The notes under the pieces were generated by a model, which ran no database searches, was not told the origin of the DNA, and saw nothing but the letters and a program-made list of their open reading frames with translations. A DNA stretch of 63,256 nt, the filler included. It is 6 parts of 6 records of this genome, joined end to end, with 100 filler letters (N's around TTAATTAATTAA, not from the genome) between each part and the next. Parts side by side here need not be neighbours in the genome. Positions count along the whole stretch, not along the records: positions 1 to 16,218 come from DRR723986_5530; 5 more parts are not named here. The stretch is one strand, 5' to 3'. How positions within the stretch are numbered: the stretch's first letter is position 1; each line of letters starts with the position of its first letter. Positions 1-11,618 of this stretch are shown here, piece by piece. Both the position numbers and the translations under genes were made by a program.

Positions 1-1
1 G

Positions 2-1255
2 ACGGAACCGCATTGCGGCACCGATCTGGGTCTGATCCGCACCAAGGCCGTTGCCAATGATGACGGATCTTATGCGATCACCGGCAACAAGATCTTTATC
101 ACCTGGGGCGATCACGACATGTCGGAAAATGTCGCCCATCTGATCCTTGCACGAGTCGAAGGCGCACAGCCCGGGCCCCGGGGCTTGTCGCTGTTTCTGG
201 CCCCAAAATACATGCTGGATGCAGAGAACAACACGACCGATGAACGCAATACGATCACCATCTCCGGGATCGAAGACAAGATGGGCATCCATGGGTCGCC
301 CACCTGCGCCATCGCGTTTGAGGACACCAAAGCGTGGATTGTCGGGCAAGAGGGCAAAGGTCTGGCGGCGATGTTCGTGATGATGAATGCAGCACGTCTA
401 TCGGTCGGTCAGCAAGGGCTTGGTATTGCCGAAGCCGCAATCCAGGCCGCGACCGCCTATGCGCATGAACGTCTTCAAGGGCGTGCCGAAGGCGAGCATT
501 GGAACCCAGAAGGTCCGGCAGATCCGTTGGTCGCTCATGCAGACGTGCGTCGCCGGTTGCTGACGGCACAGGGCGAAATGGATGCCGCGCGTGCTTTGGC
601 GTATTTCGGCGCTGGGCTGCTGGACGAAGCCCACCGTGCCGCGACACCTGAGGCGCGTGGCGAAGCCAACGTGATGCTGTCTACGCTAACGCCGGTGCTA
701 AAATCCTATCTCTCTGAGTTGGGATCGCGGATGGCCAATGAAGCGGTGCAAATGCACGGCGGACATGGGTTCATCAAAGACTATGGTGTGGAACAGCTGG
801 TGCGCGATGTGCGTATCACCGAAATCTACGAAGGCACCAGCGCGGTTCAGGCGCGGGATCTCGTCACGCGCAAAGTGCGCGGTGATGGCGGTACAGTCAT
901 AAAAGGGTTCGTTGCCGAGATGTTGGCCGAGGCCGACGCACTGGGCGATGATCTGGCGGATGTAAACATCGCTTTGCGTGATGCAGCGGCACGACTGGCA
1001 CGATGCACTGATTGGGTGCTCAGCGCGTCCTCTGGGGATGTTCTGTCAGGCGCGTGTGATTATCTGGAGGTGACGGCCCTGAGCCTGTGCGCTTGGATGT
1101 CCGCGCGCATCGCCCGGACCGCCAGCGCCGGAGCGGGTCAGCAATCGCCGGACTATTACGCGGACCGGTTGGATGCGGCACGTGCGTTTCTTGCGCGGGC
1201 TTTGCCACGGGCGATCAGCCACGAGATGATCATGCAGGCCGGGGAACCGGGGTAG
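2..1255 (+). CDS. acyl-CoA dehydrogenase (DmdC/AidB-like long type), 5'-truncated at window edge
   Basis: Frame is open from position 2: TEPHCGTDLGLIRTKA...GNKIFITWG, IEDKMGIHGSPTC, QMHGGHGFIKDY, IYEGTSAVQARDL. Confidence 0.9.
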   Translation, partial: TEPHCGTDLGLIRTKAVANDDGSYAITGNKIFITWGDHDMSENVAHLILARVEGAQPGPRGLSLFLAPKYMLDAENNTTDERNTITISGIEDKMGIHGSPTCAIAFEDTKAWIVGQEGKGLAAMFVMMNAARLSVGQQGLGIAEAAIQAATAYAHERLQGRAEGEHWNPEGPADPLVAHADVRRRLLTAQGEMDAARALAYFGAGLLDEAHRAATPEARGEANVMLSTLTPVLKSYLSELGSRMANEAVQMHGGHGFIKDYGVEQLVRDVRITEIYEGTSAVQARDLVTRKVRGDGGTVIKGFVAEMLAEADALGDDLADVNIALRDAAARLARCTDWVLSASSGDVLSGACDYLEVTALSLCAWMSARIARTASAGAGQQSPDYYADRLDAARAFLARALPRAISHEMIMQAGEPG

Positions 1256-1302
1256 ATTTTCCGCGCGGACCGCTGCCTCTAAACGGGTCGTCATACACAA
1301 TA

Positions 1303-1331
1303 CTGGGCGCCCTTCGATCTAGGGCGCCCGG
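1303..1331. terminator. GC-rich hairpin after acyl-CoA dehydrogenase
   Basis: GGGCGCCCT-TCGATCT-AGGGCGCCC inverted repeat; weak U-tract. Confidence 0.5.
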
Positions 1332-1414
1332 ACCTCAGAATTTTGCAAGCCTTGCGATGCAGCTTCGTTTCAGGCATCAGCGCGCATACCTCAACAGATC
1401 GTAAGGGCCTGAAC

Positions 1415-1594
1415 ATGGACTATACCAAATCCGGAGCGCCCAAAAAGGGCAGCAACAAACCGCGCCACAAAGAACACAATGCCAAAGGGTCGTCGAAAAA
1501 CCCCTATGGCAAATCAGAAAGCAAAGCCGATTTGCTGGCGCGCATGAAGGCCGCAGCAGAGGCCAACAAAAAACCAACCGTAGACGAAGGGTAG
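1415..1594 (+). CDS. small basic hypothetical protein (59 aa)
   Basis: ATG at 1415 after AAGGG; MDYTKSGAPKKG...KADLLARMKAAA; Lys-rich; fills the intergenic gap. Confidence 0.7.
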   Translation: MDYTKSGAPKKGSNKPRHKEHNAKGSSKNPYGKSESKADLLARMKAAAEANKKPTVDEG

Positions 1595-1598
1595 GCGC

Positions 1599-2849
1599 TT
1601 AGCGTCCCGCAGCAATCGCCAATCCATCGGCAACTGCGGTAAACACCTCGGAAAACTCGTGCTGCGCCTCGGGGAACGTGTCTTTCATCGTATTGGCGAC
1701 AAACGACATCAGGCTTGAACCGCCGACGTAAATGATGCGATCCACACGCGCAGGCGCGCAATCTGCCATCGCCAGCGTTTCAAGAGCACCGGTTTGGATC
1801 GAGTCAGAAAAGCTGCGCAACAAATGATCCAGCATGATCGGATAAAGCTCGGCTGAGAGGCCGCGCTCAACAATGCTCAGATCAATCTCAGCCCGGGTGT
1901 CAGTTCCGGAATTGGCCGCGATCTTGCCCCGCTCAACGGCAAAGGCAATATCGTGGCCCAGTTCGGATTCAAGCACATCGACAAAGCGTTTCAGCTTTTC
2001 CGGCTCTTGCGCCATTTTGTGCATGTCGGCGACAGTTCGACGACTGCTTGCCGTGTAAAGAAACGGAATCTTCTCCCACGTTGCCAAATCGTTGAAGATG
2101 GCGTTGGGCGTGGTCATCGTGCCGGGGCCATGCAAATTGCGCAATTCACTGCCTTTGCCTAGCAATGGCATCACGCGGTCGATGCTGACGGCACGGTCAA
2201 AATCGGTTCCCCCGATCCGCACGCCATGGTTGGCAAGGATATCGACATTGCCGCCCTGCGCTTGGAATAGCGAAAAGTCGGATGTCCCGCCCCCGATGTC
2301 TACGATCAAGCCAAGCGATTTGTTCTGATCAAGGGCCCCGCTGGCGATTGCAGCGGCTTCGGGTTCCGCCATGAACGCCACGTCTTTGAACCCTGCTGCC
2401 AGATAACAGGCGCGCAGATCTTCTTCGGCCTTTGCGTCGCGGGCGGCATCGTTCAGGTGAAAGTGAACCGGTCGCCCGGACAGTGCGCGTTCGAACACCA
2501 AACCTGTTTCAGCTTCGGCCCGTGTTTTCAGCTGTTTCAGGAACCGGGCGATAATGTCGACAAAAGTGACACGTTCGTTCAGGATCTGGCGCTTTTCATG
2601 CATCAAAGACGTGCCAAGAACACGCTTCAAAGCCCGCATATAGCGCCCTTCAAGCCCATCAATCAGCGCGGTGTTCGCGGCCCCACCGATCAGAGTTTTA
2701 CGGGTGTCGAAATCAAAGAAGAAAGCGGTGGGCAGGGTCCGTTCCCCGGCTTCTACCTCGATTAAATGGGGTTTCCCATCGCGCAGCATCCCTGCGGCTG
2801 AGTTGGAGGTTCCGAAGTCAATTCCCAATGCCAGACTTTGTGTCGTCAT
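1599..2849 (-). CDS. Hsp70-family protein (YegD-like)
   Basis: LGIDFGTSNS, VDIGGGTSDFS, IGGTDFD and VGGSS actin/Hsp70 ATPase motifs; no substrate-binding lid. Confidence 0.9.
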   Translation of the reverse strand: MTTQSLALGIDFGTSNSAAGMLRDGKPHLIEVEAGERTLPTAFFFDFDTRKTLIGGAANTALIDGLEGRYMRALKRVLGTSLMHEKRQILNERVTFVDIIARFLKQLKTRAEAETGLVFERALSGRPVHFHLNDAARDAKAEEDLRACYLAAGFKDVAFMAEPEAAAIASGALDQNKSLGLIVDIGGGTSDFSLFQAQGGNVDILANHGVRIGGTDFDRAVSIDRVMPLLGKGSELRNLHGPGTMTTPNAIFNDLATWEKIPFLYTASSRRTVADMHKMAQEPEKLKRFVDVLESELGHDIAFAVERGKIAANSGTDTRAEIDLSIVERGLSAELYPIMLDHLLRSFSDSIQTGALETLAMADCAPARVDRIIYVGGSSLMSFVANTMKDTFPEAQHEFSEVFTAVADGLAIAAGR

Positions 2850-3034
2850 GCCCACGCCCTCGCGATCACCAATCAAAGAAAGCAGCCGGATTAGGTGTTG
2901 GGTCGTGTAAGGTCAAGCCTGTTTGCGAAGCTTTGGCTTGCGGGACACCAAAGAAGGTTCTGAACTGACGTAAGTGATGGGAGTTTGGGAGAGGGGCGCG
3001 CCACACGCGTGTCTGGCGTACCCCTTTGGTTAGG

Positions 3035-4423
3035 TTAAGAGAACAGCCCCAGACGTGCGCCGCTAGAGAGGTCCGTAAACCGTTTCAGATTGGGGAATAG
3101 CCCGTCCAGGGCATCGGGCTGAACGCCAAACCACAAGGACAGATCCGCATACAATTGATCCGTCGATGTTGTCGGGATCAAAACCCCATCACCGACGTCT
3201 TGGGTGTTGTCATTGCCCAAGCCCAAACTTGGATATTCGCCGTAAACGCGGCCCCCTTTGACGGGCGCGCCCATGACGATGGTGTTGCCGCCCCAACCGT
3301 GGTCCGTGCCGTTGCCGTTTGACGTCAACGTGCGGCCGAAATCAGAGCCGGTGAATGTCACGACCTTGTCGTCGAGCCCCATGTCGCCAAGGGCGGTTTG
3401 GAATTCTCCAAGAGCGCGCGACAGAACCCCCAGCATGTGACTCTGATTGTTCAGCAGCTCATCATGGTGGTCCCACCCGATGTAACGAATAAAGAACGTC
3501 TGCTGTTGCAGCCCCAACGCCTCGGATGCTTTGATCGTGCGGGCAACCATGCGCAACTGTTGGCTGAGGTCCGTGGTCGAGAAGTGGCTCGGAACCGAGA
3601 TCCCGCGCGTGGCATCTTGGAACACTTCGTGCTTGGCCTGTGCTTGCCGCGTCAGATCCAGATAGGTTTCCATAAATGGGTCGTCTCTGTGATCCTCGTT
3701 CATCAACTTGGTAAAGCTGTCGAGCAAGACTTCGTTCAGGTCATTGCGCTCTTCTTTGACATACAGACCAACAGATCCATCAGCAGTGATGGAATATGGC
3801 AGGTTCTGGTGTCCGTTTTGTTGGATGTTATGACCCGAAAGCGAGATGTTCATCGGGATGTCGTGAGCGGACAGGCTGGGCTGCAACTCGTCTGCGAAAT
3901 GACCGAACCAGCCATCGTTCTGACGCAGATCAGGGCGTGAGGTCTGCCAGTGCTTGAACTGATCCGCATGACTCAGCAAGCCGAGCGGAAGTTGTGCAGA
4001 ACCGTCGTAAAACTGCGCCTTTTGAATCCGTTCGACCAAGGGGCCAACGTTGGCAACAAAGGCCAGTTTCTTGTCATTGTAGAGCTGTTGCACCTCGGGC
4101 ATGGCACGGTGCAGGCCAAAGCTGCGCCCATCCGCATCTTCGGGGCCGTCCAACGCCAAGAGGTCACGCCGCTTATGCGCAAGATTGCCGCGGGTTTTGG
4201 CGTATTGTTTGTGGAAAACACCCGAATTCGGCACCAACATGTTGTAGCTGTCATTGCCGCCATCCAACATGATAAAGACCAACGCTTTGCGCTGTGGTGT
4301 GATCAAGGTGCCGTTGGCTGCTGCATTGGCGAGCCCTGGCAGGCCAACGCTCATCGCGGTACCGGCGGCAGCCAGACCTGTGGATTGCAAGAATGCGCGA
4401 CGTGAGAAAGGGGAATTGAGCAT
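3035..4423 (-). CDS. DUF1501-family protein with Tat signal peptide
   Basis: SRRAFLQ twin-Arg signal; LVFIMLDGGNDSYN, GWDHH, SDFGRTLTSNGNGTDHGWG. Confidence 0.88.
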   Translation of the reverse strand: MLNSPFSRRAFLQSTGLAAAGTAMSVGLPGLANAAANGTLITPQRKALVFIMLDGGNDSYNMLVPNSGVFHKQYAKTRGNLAHKRRDLLALDGPEDADGRSFGLHRAMPEVQQLYNDKKLAFVANVGPLVERIQKAQFYDGSAQLPLGLLSHADQFKHWQTSRPDLRQNDGWFGHFADELQPSLSAHDIPMNISLSGHNIQQNGHQNLPYSITADGSVGLYVKEERNDLNEVLLDSFTKLMNEDHRDDPFMETYLDLTRQAQAKHEVFQDATRGISVPSHFSTTDLSQQLRMVARTIKASEALGLQQQTFFIRYIGWDHHDELLNNQSHMLGVLSRALGEFQTALGDMGLDDKVVTFTGSDFGRTLTSNGNGTDHGWGGNTIVMGAPVKGGRVYGEYPSLGLGNDNTQDVGDGVLIPTTSTDQLYADLSLWFGVQPDALDGLFPNLKRFTDLSSGARLGLFS

Positions 4424-4426
4424 GGT

Positions 4427-6199
<1,773 letters not shown>

Positions 6200-6275
6200 G
6201 GGGCTGTCGCTTTTGAGTTGCTTGAAAAGAAGGCTTCATCGGGGCGGCAGGTCGGAGGTGGAAAACTAATTAACC

Positions 6276-6289
6276 TGTCATAAATGACA
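6276..6289. promoter_or_regulatory. palindromic operator candidate upstream of the DUF1800 gene
   Basis: TGTCAT-AA-ATGACA inverted repeat in an AT-rich intergenic region. Confidence 0.45.
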
Positions 6290-6322
6290 ATGTAATGTGG
6301 TCATTTCATCCTGCAAGGGGGG

Positions 6323-6356
6323 AACAAACAAACATCCCACTGTTAAGCGGGATGTT
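6323..6356 (-). terminator. rho-independent terminator of the MFS-aldehyde DH-DUF2141 operon
   Basis: Minus strand AACAUCCCGCU-UAAC-AGUGGGAUGUU followed by UGUUUGUU. Confidence 0.65.
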
Positions 6357-6385
6357 GCTGGTTGGCTTGACTGTGAAAATGCGAA

Positions 6386-6817
6386 TTAGGGGGCGTAATT
6401 CATTGCAATTTCGGCAGCGTTTTCACCGGTGTATTCAAGAGCGGCCTCTTCAAAGGTTGGGATCGAAGTCGCCCCAGCACCATTGCTGTAACCCCATCCT
6501 TCGAGCGGTACGGCGCCTTTCATTTCCATTTGCCCGTTATCATTTGCATCGTGGTGCAACATGATTGCATACGTGCCGGGTTCCAGACCTTTGAGGGTGC
6601 CTGTGACCGTGCCTTCGGTCGCTGGGATTTTCACATAGCCCACCATTTTGGCGAACATGTTGCCCTCAAACGCGGTTTTGTCATTGAACGCCAACACGTG
6701 GATTGACCCGCCAGAGGCATCAACGTTGTTGATTGTAACCGGCATGTCGGCAAAGGCCGCTGTGGCGCTGATAAGAGTAGCGATGAGACCGGTGGTTAGA
6801 GCTTTTGCATATACCAT
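6386..6817 (-). CDS. DUF2141-family exported protein
   Basis: Signal peptide (AAFA), GTYAIMLHHDANDNG, PLEGWGYSN, PTFEEAA; ATG at 6817 preferred over TTG at 6823. Confidence 0.85.
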   Translation of the reverse strand: MVYAKALTTGLIATLISATAAFADMPVTINNVDASGGSIHVLAFNDKTAFEGNMFAKMVGYVKIPATEGTVTGTLKGLEPGTYAIMLHHDANDNGQMEMKGAVPLEGWGYSNGAGATSIPTFEEAALEYTGENAAEIAMNYAP

Positions 6818-6851
6818 ATTCAATCTTTCTGAGTTGTAAGAGGAGAGGAGG

Positions 6852-7160
6852 TCAGAAGCCGTAAGGATTTACGCCGACCAGCTGAGAGATATCGAAGTAG
6901 ACGCCAAACAAGCGCCAAGCCAAATCTTGAACCACATAGTAAGTCCCAAGGCTGAACCACATCACGGTGACGGTCCAAAACAGGGGTGGGTTTTCCTGCA
7001 CGTTTACGATCTCGCCGATAAAGGCTTCGCCTGCGACAAAGGACGTATAAGACCACCACAGGAAGAGAGACCCCCAAATCCAGTAGTGGCCAAATAGCGT
7101 TGCAAAAATCAGCGCAATCACAGTAAGCCACGTCACAGGGTGGTTCGTTAAGTGCTTCAT
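6852..7160 (-). CDS. small membrane protein, hypothetical
   Basis: 102 aa with about 3 hydrophobic segments, ENPPLFW motif, RBS AAGGA; operonic spacing. Confidence 0.75.
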   Translation of the reverse strand: MKHLTNHPVTWLTVIALIFATLFGHYWIWGSLFLWWSYTSFVAGEAFIGEIVNVQENPPLFWTVTVMWFSLGTYYVVQDLAWRLFGVYFDISQLVGVNPYGF

Positions 7161-7169
7161 ATTATGTCC

Positions 7170-8603
7170 TTATTTTTTCAACATTGGCGCGATGGCCTTT
7201 TTGAACTTGTCACCAAATGGGGCACGCAAGGGTTTGAACGGTGAATCCATGTTGATCTGCTTGTAGACAGCTTTTTCATGGCTAAAGAGCTTGAAGCCAT
7301 GGTGCCCATGATAAGAACCCATGCCCGACGGGCCGACGCCGCCAAAAGGCAGGCTTTGCTGGGTTGAATGCATAATTGTGTCGTTGATGCAGGCCCCGCC
7401 AGAGGTGGTGTTTTCCAGAACTGTGTTCTGTTCGCTGGTGTCTGCACTGAAAACATACAAAGCCAACGGGCGTGGGCGCGCGTTTACAAAGGCGATGGCC
7501 TCTTCCAGCGTGTCATAGGGAACAACAGGTAGGATCGGACCAAAGATTTCGTCTGTCATCACGTCCAGATCGGGGGATGGATCGACGATAAGTGTGGGGG
7601 CTATGACCTTTTCGTTGATCGCGCTCAGGTCTTCCCCGGCGGGATTCACTTCGATCACTTCTGCGCCGCTGTCGCGGGCTTGAGCAACCAAGGCTTTCAG
7701 GCGGTCAAGTTGGCGATCAGACACGATATGGGTGTAGTCCGGATTGTTTTGTAGCGTTGGATAGGCGGCTGCGATTTTACCCTGCACCGAGTCCACAAAA
7801 TCGCGCAGATTGTTGCGCGGGACCAATGCATAGTCAGGCGCCAGGCACACTTGGCCTGCGTTAAAGAGCTTACCTGATGCGATCCGTGCGGCTGCCGTAT
7901 CCTGATTGGCTTTGTCCGTGACGATGGCTGGGGATTTACCGCCCAATTCCAGCGTGACGGGAACCAGGTTGTCTGCCGCGGCGTGCAGGATGTGTTTCCC
8001 GATCGAGGTAGCACCGGTAAACAGCAAGTGATCGAAAGGCAGTTTAGTAAAGGCAACACCAGCTTCGACACCGCCTGTGACAACCACGGCCTCGTGCGGC
8101 GCAAAGCTTTGCTCGATCAGGGTTTTCATCAGGTCGGACGTCGCTGGCGTGAATTCCGACGGTTTCAGCATGACCGAATTACCGGCTGCAAACGCTTCGC
8201 CCATGGGACCAATCGCCAGATAGATCGGAAAATTCCACGGCGCGACAATGCCGATGACACCAAGGGGTTGATATTCAATCCGTGCTTTGCCGCCAAACAG
8301 ATTAAGGGGGAAATCAACCTTGGCTTTGGTTGGTTTCATCCACTGTGCCAAATGGCTTTTGGCATGTTTGAGCTCAGTTAAAGTACCACCAATATCCGCG
8401 ATCAGGGTTTCGGCCGTGCTGCGATTGCCAAAGTCGGCAGAAACAGCATCGGCGAGCGCGCCTTTGTTGTCGGCGATCAGATCAATCAGGCGATTGATGC
8501 GGTCGATGCGCTGTTCGGCAGTGGGCACTTTTAGGGAATGCGCGCGCTGGGTTTCCAGAAGCGATTGCATATCAGCTGCGATGGTCGGGTCGTGATGAGT
8601 CAT
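7170..8603 (-). CDS. coniferyl-aldehyde-dehydrogenase-like NAD(P)-dependent aldehyde dehydrogenase
   Basis: PWNFP, FTGATSIG, LELGGKSP, NAGQVCLAPDY, DEIFGP, PFGGVGPSGMGSYHG; RBS GGAGA before ATG 8603. Confidence 0.9.
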   Translation of the reverse strand: MTHHDPTIAADMQSLLETQRAHSLKVPTAEQRIDRINRLIDLIADNKGALADAVSADFGNRSTAETLIADIGGTLTELKHAKSHLAQWMKPTKAKVDFPLNLFGGKARIEYQPLGVIGIVAPWNFPIYLAIGPMGEAFAAGNSVMLKPSEFTPATSDLMKTLIEQSFAPHEAVVVTGGVEAGVAFTKLPFDHLLFTGATSIGKHILHAAADNLVPVTLELGGKSPAIVTDKANQDTAAARIASGKLFNAGQVCLAPDYALVPRNNLRDFVDSVQGKIAAAYPTLQNNPDYTHIVSDRQLDRLKALVAQARDSGAEVIEVNPAGEDLSAINEKVIAPTLIVDPSPDLDVMTDEIFGPILPVVPYDTLEEAIAFVNARPRPLALYVFSADTSEQNTVLENTTSGGACINDTIMHSTQQSLPFGGVGPSGMGSYHGHHGFKLFSHEKAVYKQINMDSPFKPLRAPFGDKFKKAIAPMLKK

Positions 8604-8668
8604 CAAATCATCTCCGTTGTGTGTAGGCAGGCGAGGGGGACAGGTGCCCACCCCGCAGGTGTTAAGGA

Positions 8669-10099
8669 TTAGCTCGCGGTGCGGGGCGTGCTTTTCACAA
8701 GGGTTTCGAACTGCTGTTTGTCGATGCGATAAAAGAACAGGGCAACAATCGAGAGCGCGTAAACCACCATCGTCAGCAAGGCATAGTTATAGCCAAGGCC
8801 GCTGATGATTTCGGGGGTCAGGTTTGACTGATCCGGCGCGGTTGGAAATCCGATCAGGCCAAGAAACGCACCAGAAATTGCCAAACCACCCGCAGTCCCC
8901 GCCTTGAGAACAAAGGTGATCGAGGCGGTTATGATGCCTTCGTTTTGGTACCCGGAATGGTGCAGGCCAACTTCGACAACATCAGCGGTCATGGATGTCA
9001 TCAGCGATGTCGTCGCAACGATCAAGCCAACCTGCAGAACGCCGTGGATCAACAAAGCATACAACAGCATCTCTGTTCCATTGGCCGGAAACAAATCAAA
9101 GTGCCGCAATAGATAGGGTCCGACCCCAACGATTGTCGAAAGAATAGACAATTTGATGGCTGTGGATTTCTTATTGTCGCGGTTGGAAACGGCTTTGACC
9201 GAAAACCCAGCAATCAATGCACCGATCAGGTTTGCAAACAAAATGTAGACGATTTGTTCGTTGCTGAGCTCCCAGTAAAAACTCATCAAATATGTCCACA
9301 GCGCGGCGCCGATACCGGCTCCGATTGCAAAAACGGCCGAAGACATAAAGATGGCGCGCAGGCTTGGTAAGCTGGCGGCTGCCAGAAATTGCGTAAAGAA
9401 GCCACCGGCATTTCCGTTTTCAGCATGGGCAATCTCGCGCATGCTGCTTTGATAACGATTAAGCCCCAGTGCAGACATGAGAATCGCAATGCCAATGATG
9501 AAAGCTCCGAACAAGCCAGCTTGTTGGTATCCCGCTTGGTTCAAGATCCCATAGGGCATGATGTCTGTCGGCACCAACCACACAACATACATTGCGATGA
9601 CCATGATCTGTCCCGCGATCCATGTGGCTGACACTTTGTATCCAGCCAGCAGGGTTCGCCCATTGTAGCTCGAGGTCAGTTCGGGAACCATTGCGTTGTG
9701 GGGCACATCATAGAGGGTCATGGCGAACCGCAAGGCGATGGTTGTGCCAAGCAGGAACCAGAACAGTTCGGTCTGGGAGGCCAATGAAGATGGCGGATTC
9801 CAGATGAGCCAGAACAGCGCTGAAACCGGGATAATCGCCAGATAGATAAACGGATGCCGCTTACCCATGCGGGATTTCCAATTGTCAGAGATATACCCAA
9901 CGAGCGGATCCGAAATAGCATCAAAAACAAGAGCAATGGACAGGGCAAGACCAACCAACTCTGCAGGCAATCCAATGACCAGATTGTAATAGATCAGCAG
10001 AAAAAAACTGAGCCCGTTTGAAAATACGCCATTTGCGATTCCACCCAGCCCATAGGCAAGCTGCATGGACCCGGGCGTACCGGAATTCGTGGTTGTCAT
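8669..10099 (-). CDS. MFS transporter, GPH (MelB-like) family
   Basis: FDAISDPLVGYISD...SRMGKRHPF, ADVVE...EG; about 12 TM segments; RBS GGGAGG. Confidence 0.88.
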   Translation of the reverse strand: MTTTNSGTPGSMQLAYGLGGIANGVFSNGLSFFLLIYYNLVIGLPAELVGLALSIALVFDAISDPLVGYISDNWKSRMGKRHPFIYLAIIPVSALFWLIWNPPSSLASQTELFWFLLGTTIALRFAMTLYDVPHNAMVPELTSSYNGRTLLAGYKVSATWIAGQIMVIAMYVVWLVPTDIMPYGILNQAGYQQAGLFGAFIIGIAILMSALGLNRYQSSMREIAHAENGNAGGFFTQFLAAASLPSLRAIFMSSAVFAIGAGIGAALWTYLMSFYWELSNEQIVYILFANLIGALIAGFSVKAVSNRDNKKSTAIKLSILSTIVGVGPYLLRHFDLFPANGTEMLLYALLIHGVLQVGLIVATTSLMTSMTADVVEVGLHHSGYQNEGIITASITFVLKAGTAGGLAISGAFLGLIGFPTAPDQSNLTPEIISGLGYNYALLTMVVYALSIVALFFYRIDKQQFETLVKSTPRTAS

Positions 10100-10153
10100 T
10101 AGTGCCTCCCTTTGCCTGCGACCCACTCCGCGATGGGTTTGATAAGTGCGCAG

Positions 10154-10168
10154 TTAGTGAACGTTCAC
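10154..10168. promoter_or_regulatory. palindromic operator (copy 1) in the divergent MFS/Rieske promoter
   Basis: TTAGTGAACGTTCAC with perfect core GTGAACGTTCAC; related site at 13203. Confidence 0.7.
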
Positions 10169-10281
10169 ATTGACTTGAAGTGAAGCACATTACGCATTAG
10201 TTGTCAAAGATGATTGTTTGTCTAATATGATCAACAATTAGCCAATCGGGCAATGCCGTATGGAATAATGAGGAGATTTTC

Positions 10282-11472
10282 GTGACTTTAGATAACCCTA
10301 TGCCGGATCAAGCCATTCAAATATTACCACCTGAAGCTTACACCTCGCAGGACTGGTTTGACCGGGAAATGAAGGAGTTGTTTGGCAAAACCTGGGGATT
10401 TGCAGGTGTTGTTGGTGATGTTCCCAATCCCGGTGATTACACGACGGCAACTGTTGGGACATTCACGCTACTTGTGATTCGGGGATCTGATGGCGAATTG
10501 CGCGCCTTTCACAATATCTGCCGTCACCGTGGGACAGAATTGGTTGATCGGGGATGCGGAAACACCGGGAAAACCATCGTTTGCCCGTATCACCGTTGGA
10601 CTTTTGGGCTGGATGGCGCGTTACGTGGCGTCCCGGATCAGCGAGAGTTGTTTCCTGACTTCGACAAAAAGGCAAACGGACTGCATCGCGCCTCGATTGG
10701 GGAATTCAAAGGCTTGATTTTCGTTAGCCCTGAACCAGATCTGGATTTCAGCGATTGGCTGAGTACAATTCCTGATGTGGTTTGGCCGCATGATCTGAAC
10801 AATCCAGAGTTGGTGCGGGCGCAAGACGTCATCGTTTATGAGATGGAGTGCAACTGGAAGGTCTTTGTTGAAAACGGCATCGACGGTTATCATCTGGCCT
10901 ATCTGCATGAACACACACTTGGCGGCCCGCGCCCGGAAAAGAACATCTGGGAAGTTCACGGCGACCATCAGGTTTGGTACTCAACTGAACATGAGAATAT
11001 CAAAAGCCGCATCCCGCAATACGTCGCCGAGCAGCTGGAGAAAATGAAGCTCAAGCCGCTGATTCATGTTGGGAAAAATGGCTATGGCGGTGTCTATGAG
11101 ATGTTCCCGACAACCTTGATCGTGACCTCGCCTTACTCTTTTTCGATCTCAGTTATGTATCCAGTCGCACCGGGAAAAACCCGGCTTGAGGTACACAGCT
11201 GGATGCCAAAGGCACGTCTCAAGGCGATGGGGGGACTAAAATACGTTCCCGGCTATGACAAAACCACTGGAACAGTGAAGTCGTCGCATTGGAAAAAACA
11301 CCCCTTAGAAACTGGGGACTTCCAGACCGAAGATGTCTATGTCGTGGAGAAAATGCAGCGTGCACTGATGTCACCCAAGTATTCGGTGGGTCAACTGGCC
11401 AACGGGGCAGGGGCCGAGTCGCCCCTAACGTATTTCCAGCAACGCGTGCGGAACTATATGCCAGACGCCTGA
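10282..11472 (+). CDS. Rieske non-heme iron oxygenase alpha subunit (choline monooxygenase/CntA-like)
   Basis: Rieske motif CRH...CPYH; NWKVFVENGIDGYHLAYLH mononuclear Fe ligands; distal Asp in QTED. Confidence 0.92.
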   Translation: MTLDNPMPDQAIQILPPEAYTSQDWFDREMKELFGKTWGFAGVVGDVPNPGDYTTATVGTFTLLVIRGSDGELRAFHNICRHRGTELVDRGCGNTGKTIVCPYHRWTFGLDGALRGVPDQRELFPDFDKKANGLHRASIGEFKGLIFVSPEPDLDFSDWLSTIPDVVWPHDLNNPELVRAQDVIVYEMECNWKVFVENGIDGYHLAYLHEHTLGGPRPEKNIWEVHGDHQVWYSTEHENIKSRIPQYVAEQLEKMKLKPLIHVGKNGYGGVYEMFPTTLIVTSPYSFSISVMYPVAPGKTRLEVHSWMPKARLKAMGGLKYVPGYDKTTGTVKSSHWKKHPLETGDFQTEDVYVVEKMQRALMSPKYSVGQLANGAGAESPLTYFQQRVRNYMPDA

Positions 11473-11530
11473 TCTGCACTTGGGTATCTATTGAAAAATT
11501 TGACCATCCCGATTGCGGGTTGGTTCAAAC

Positions 11531-11606
11531 AAAAAACGCCCCTCGGTGAAGAGAGACGTAAGTTGAGGGTGTTTTTGCGCGCGGTGGCGGGGAAACACCA
11601 CCGCGC
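11531..11606. terminator. two hairpins between convergent genes
   Basis: AAAAACGCCCCTC...GAGGGTGTTTTT and GCGCGGTGG...CCACCGCGC. Confidence 0.5.
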
Positions 11607-11618
11607 ACTAAAGAGGCG

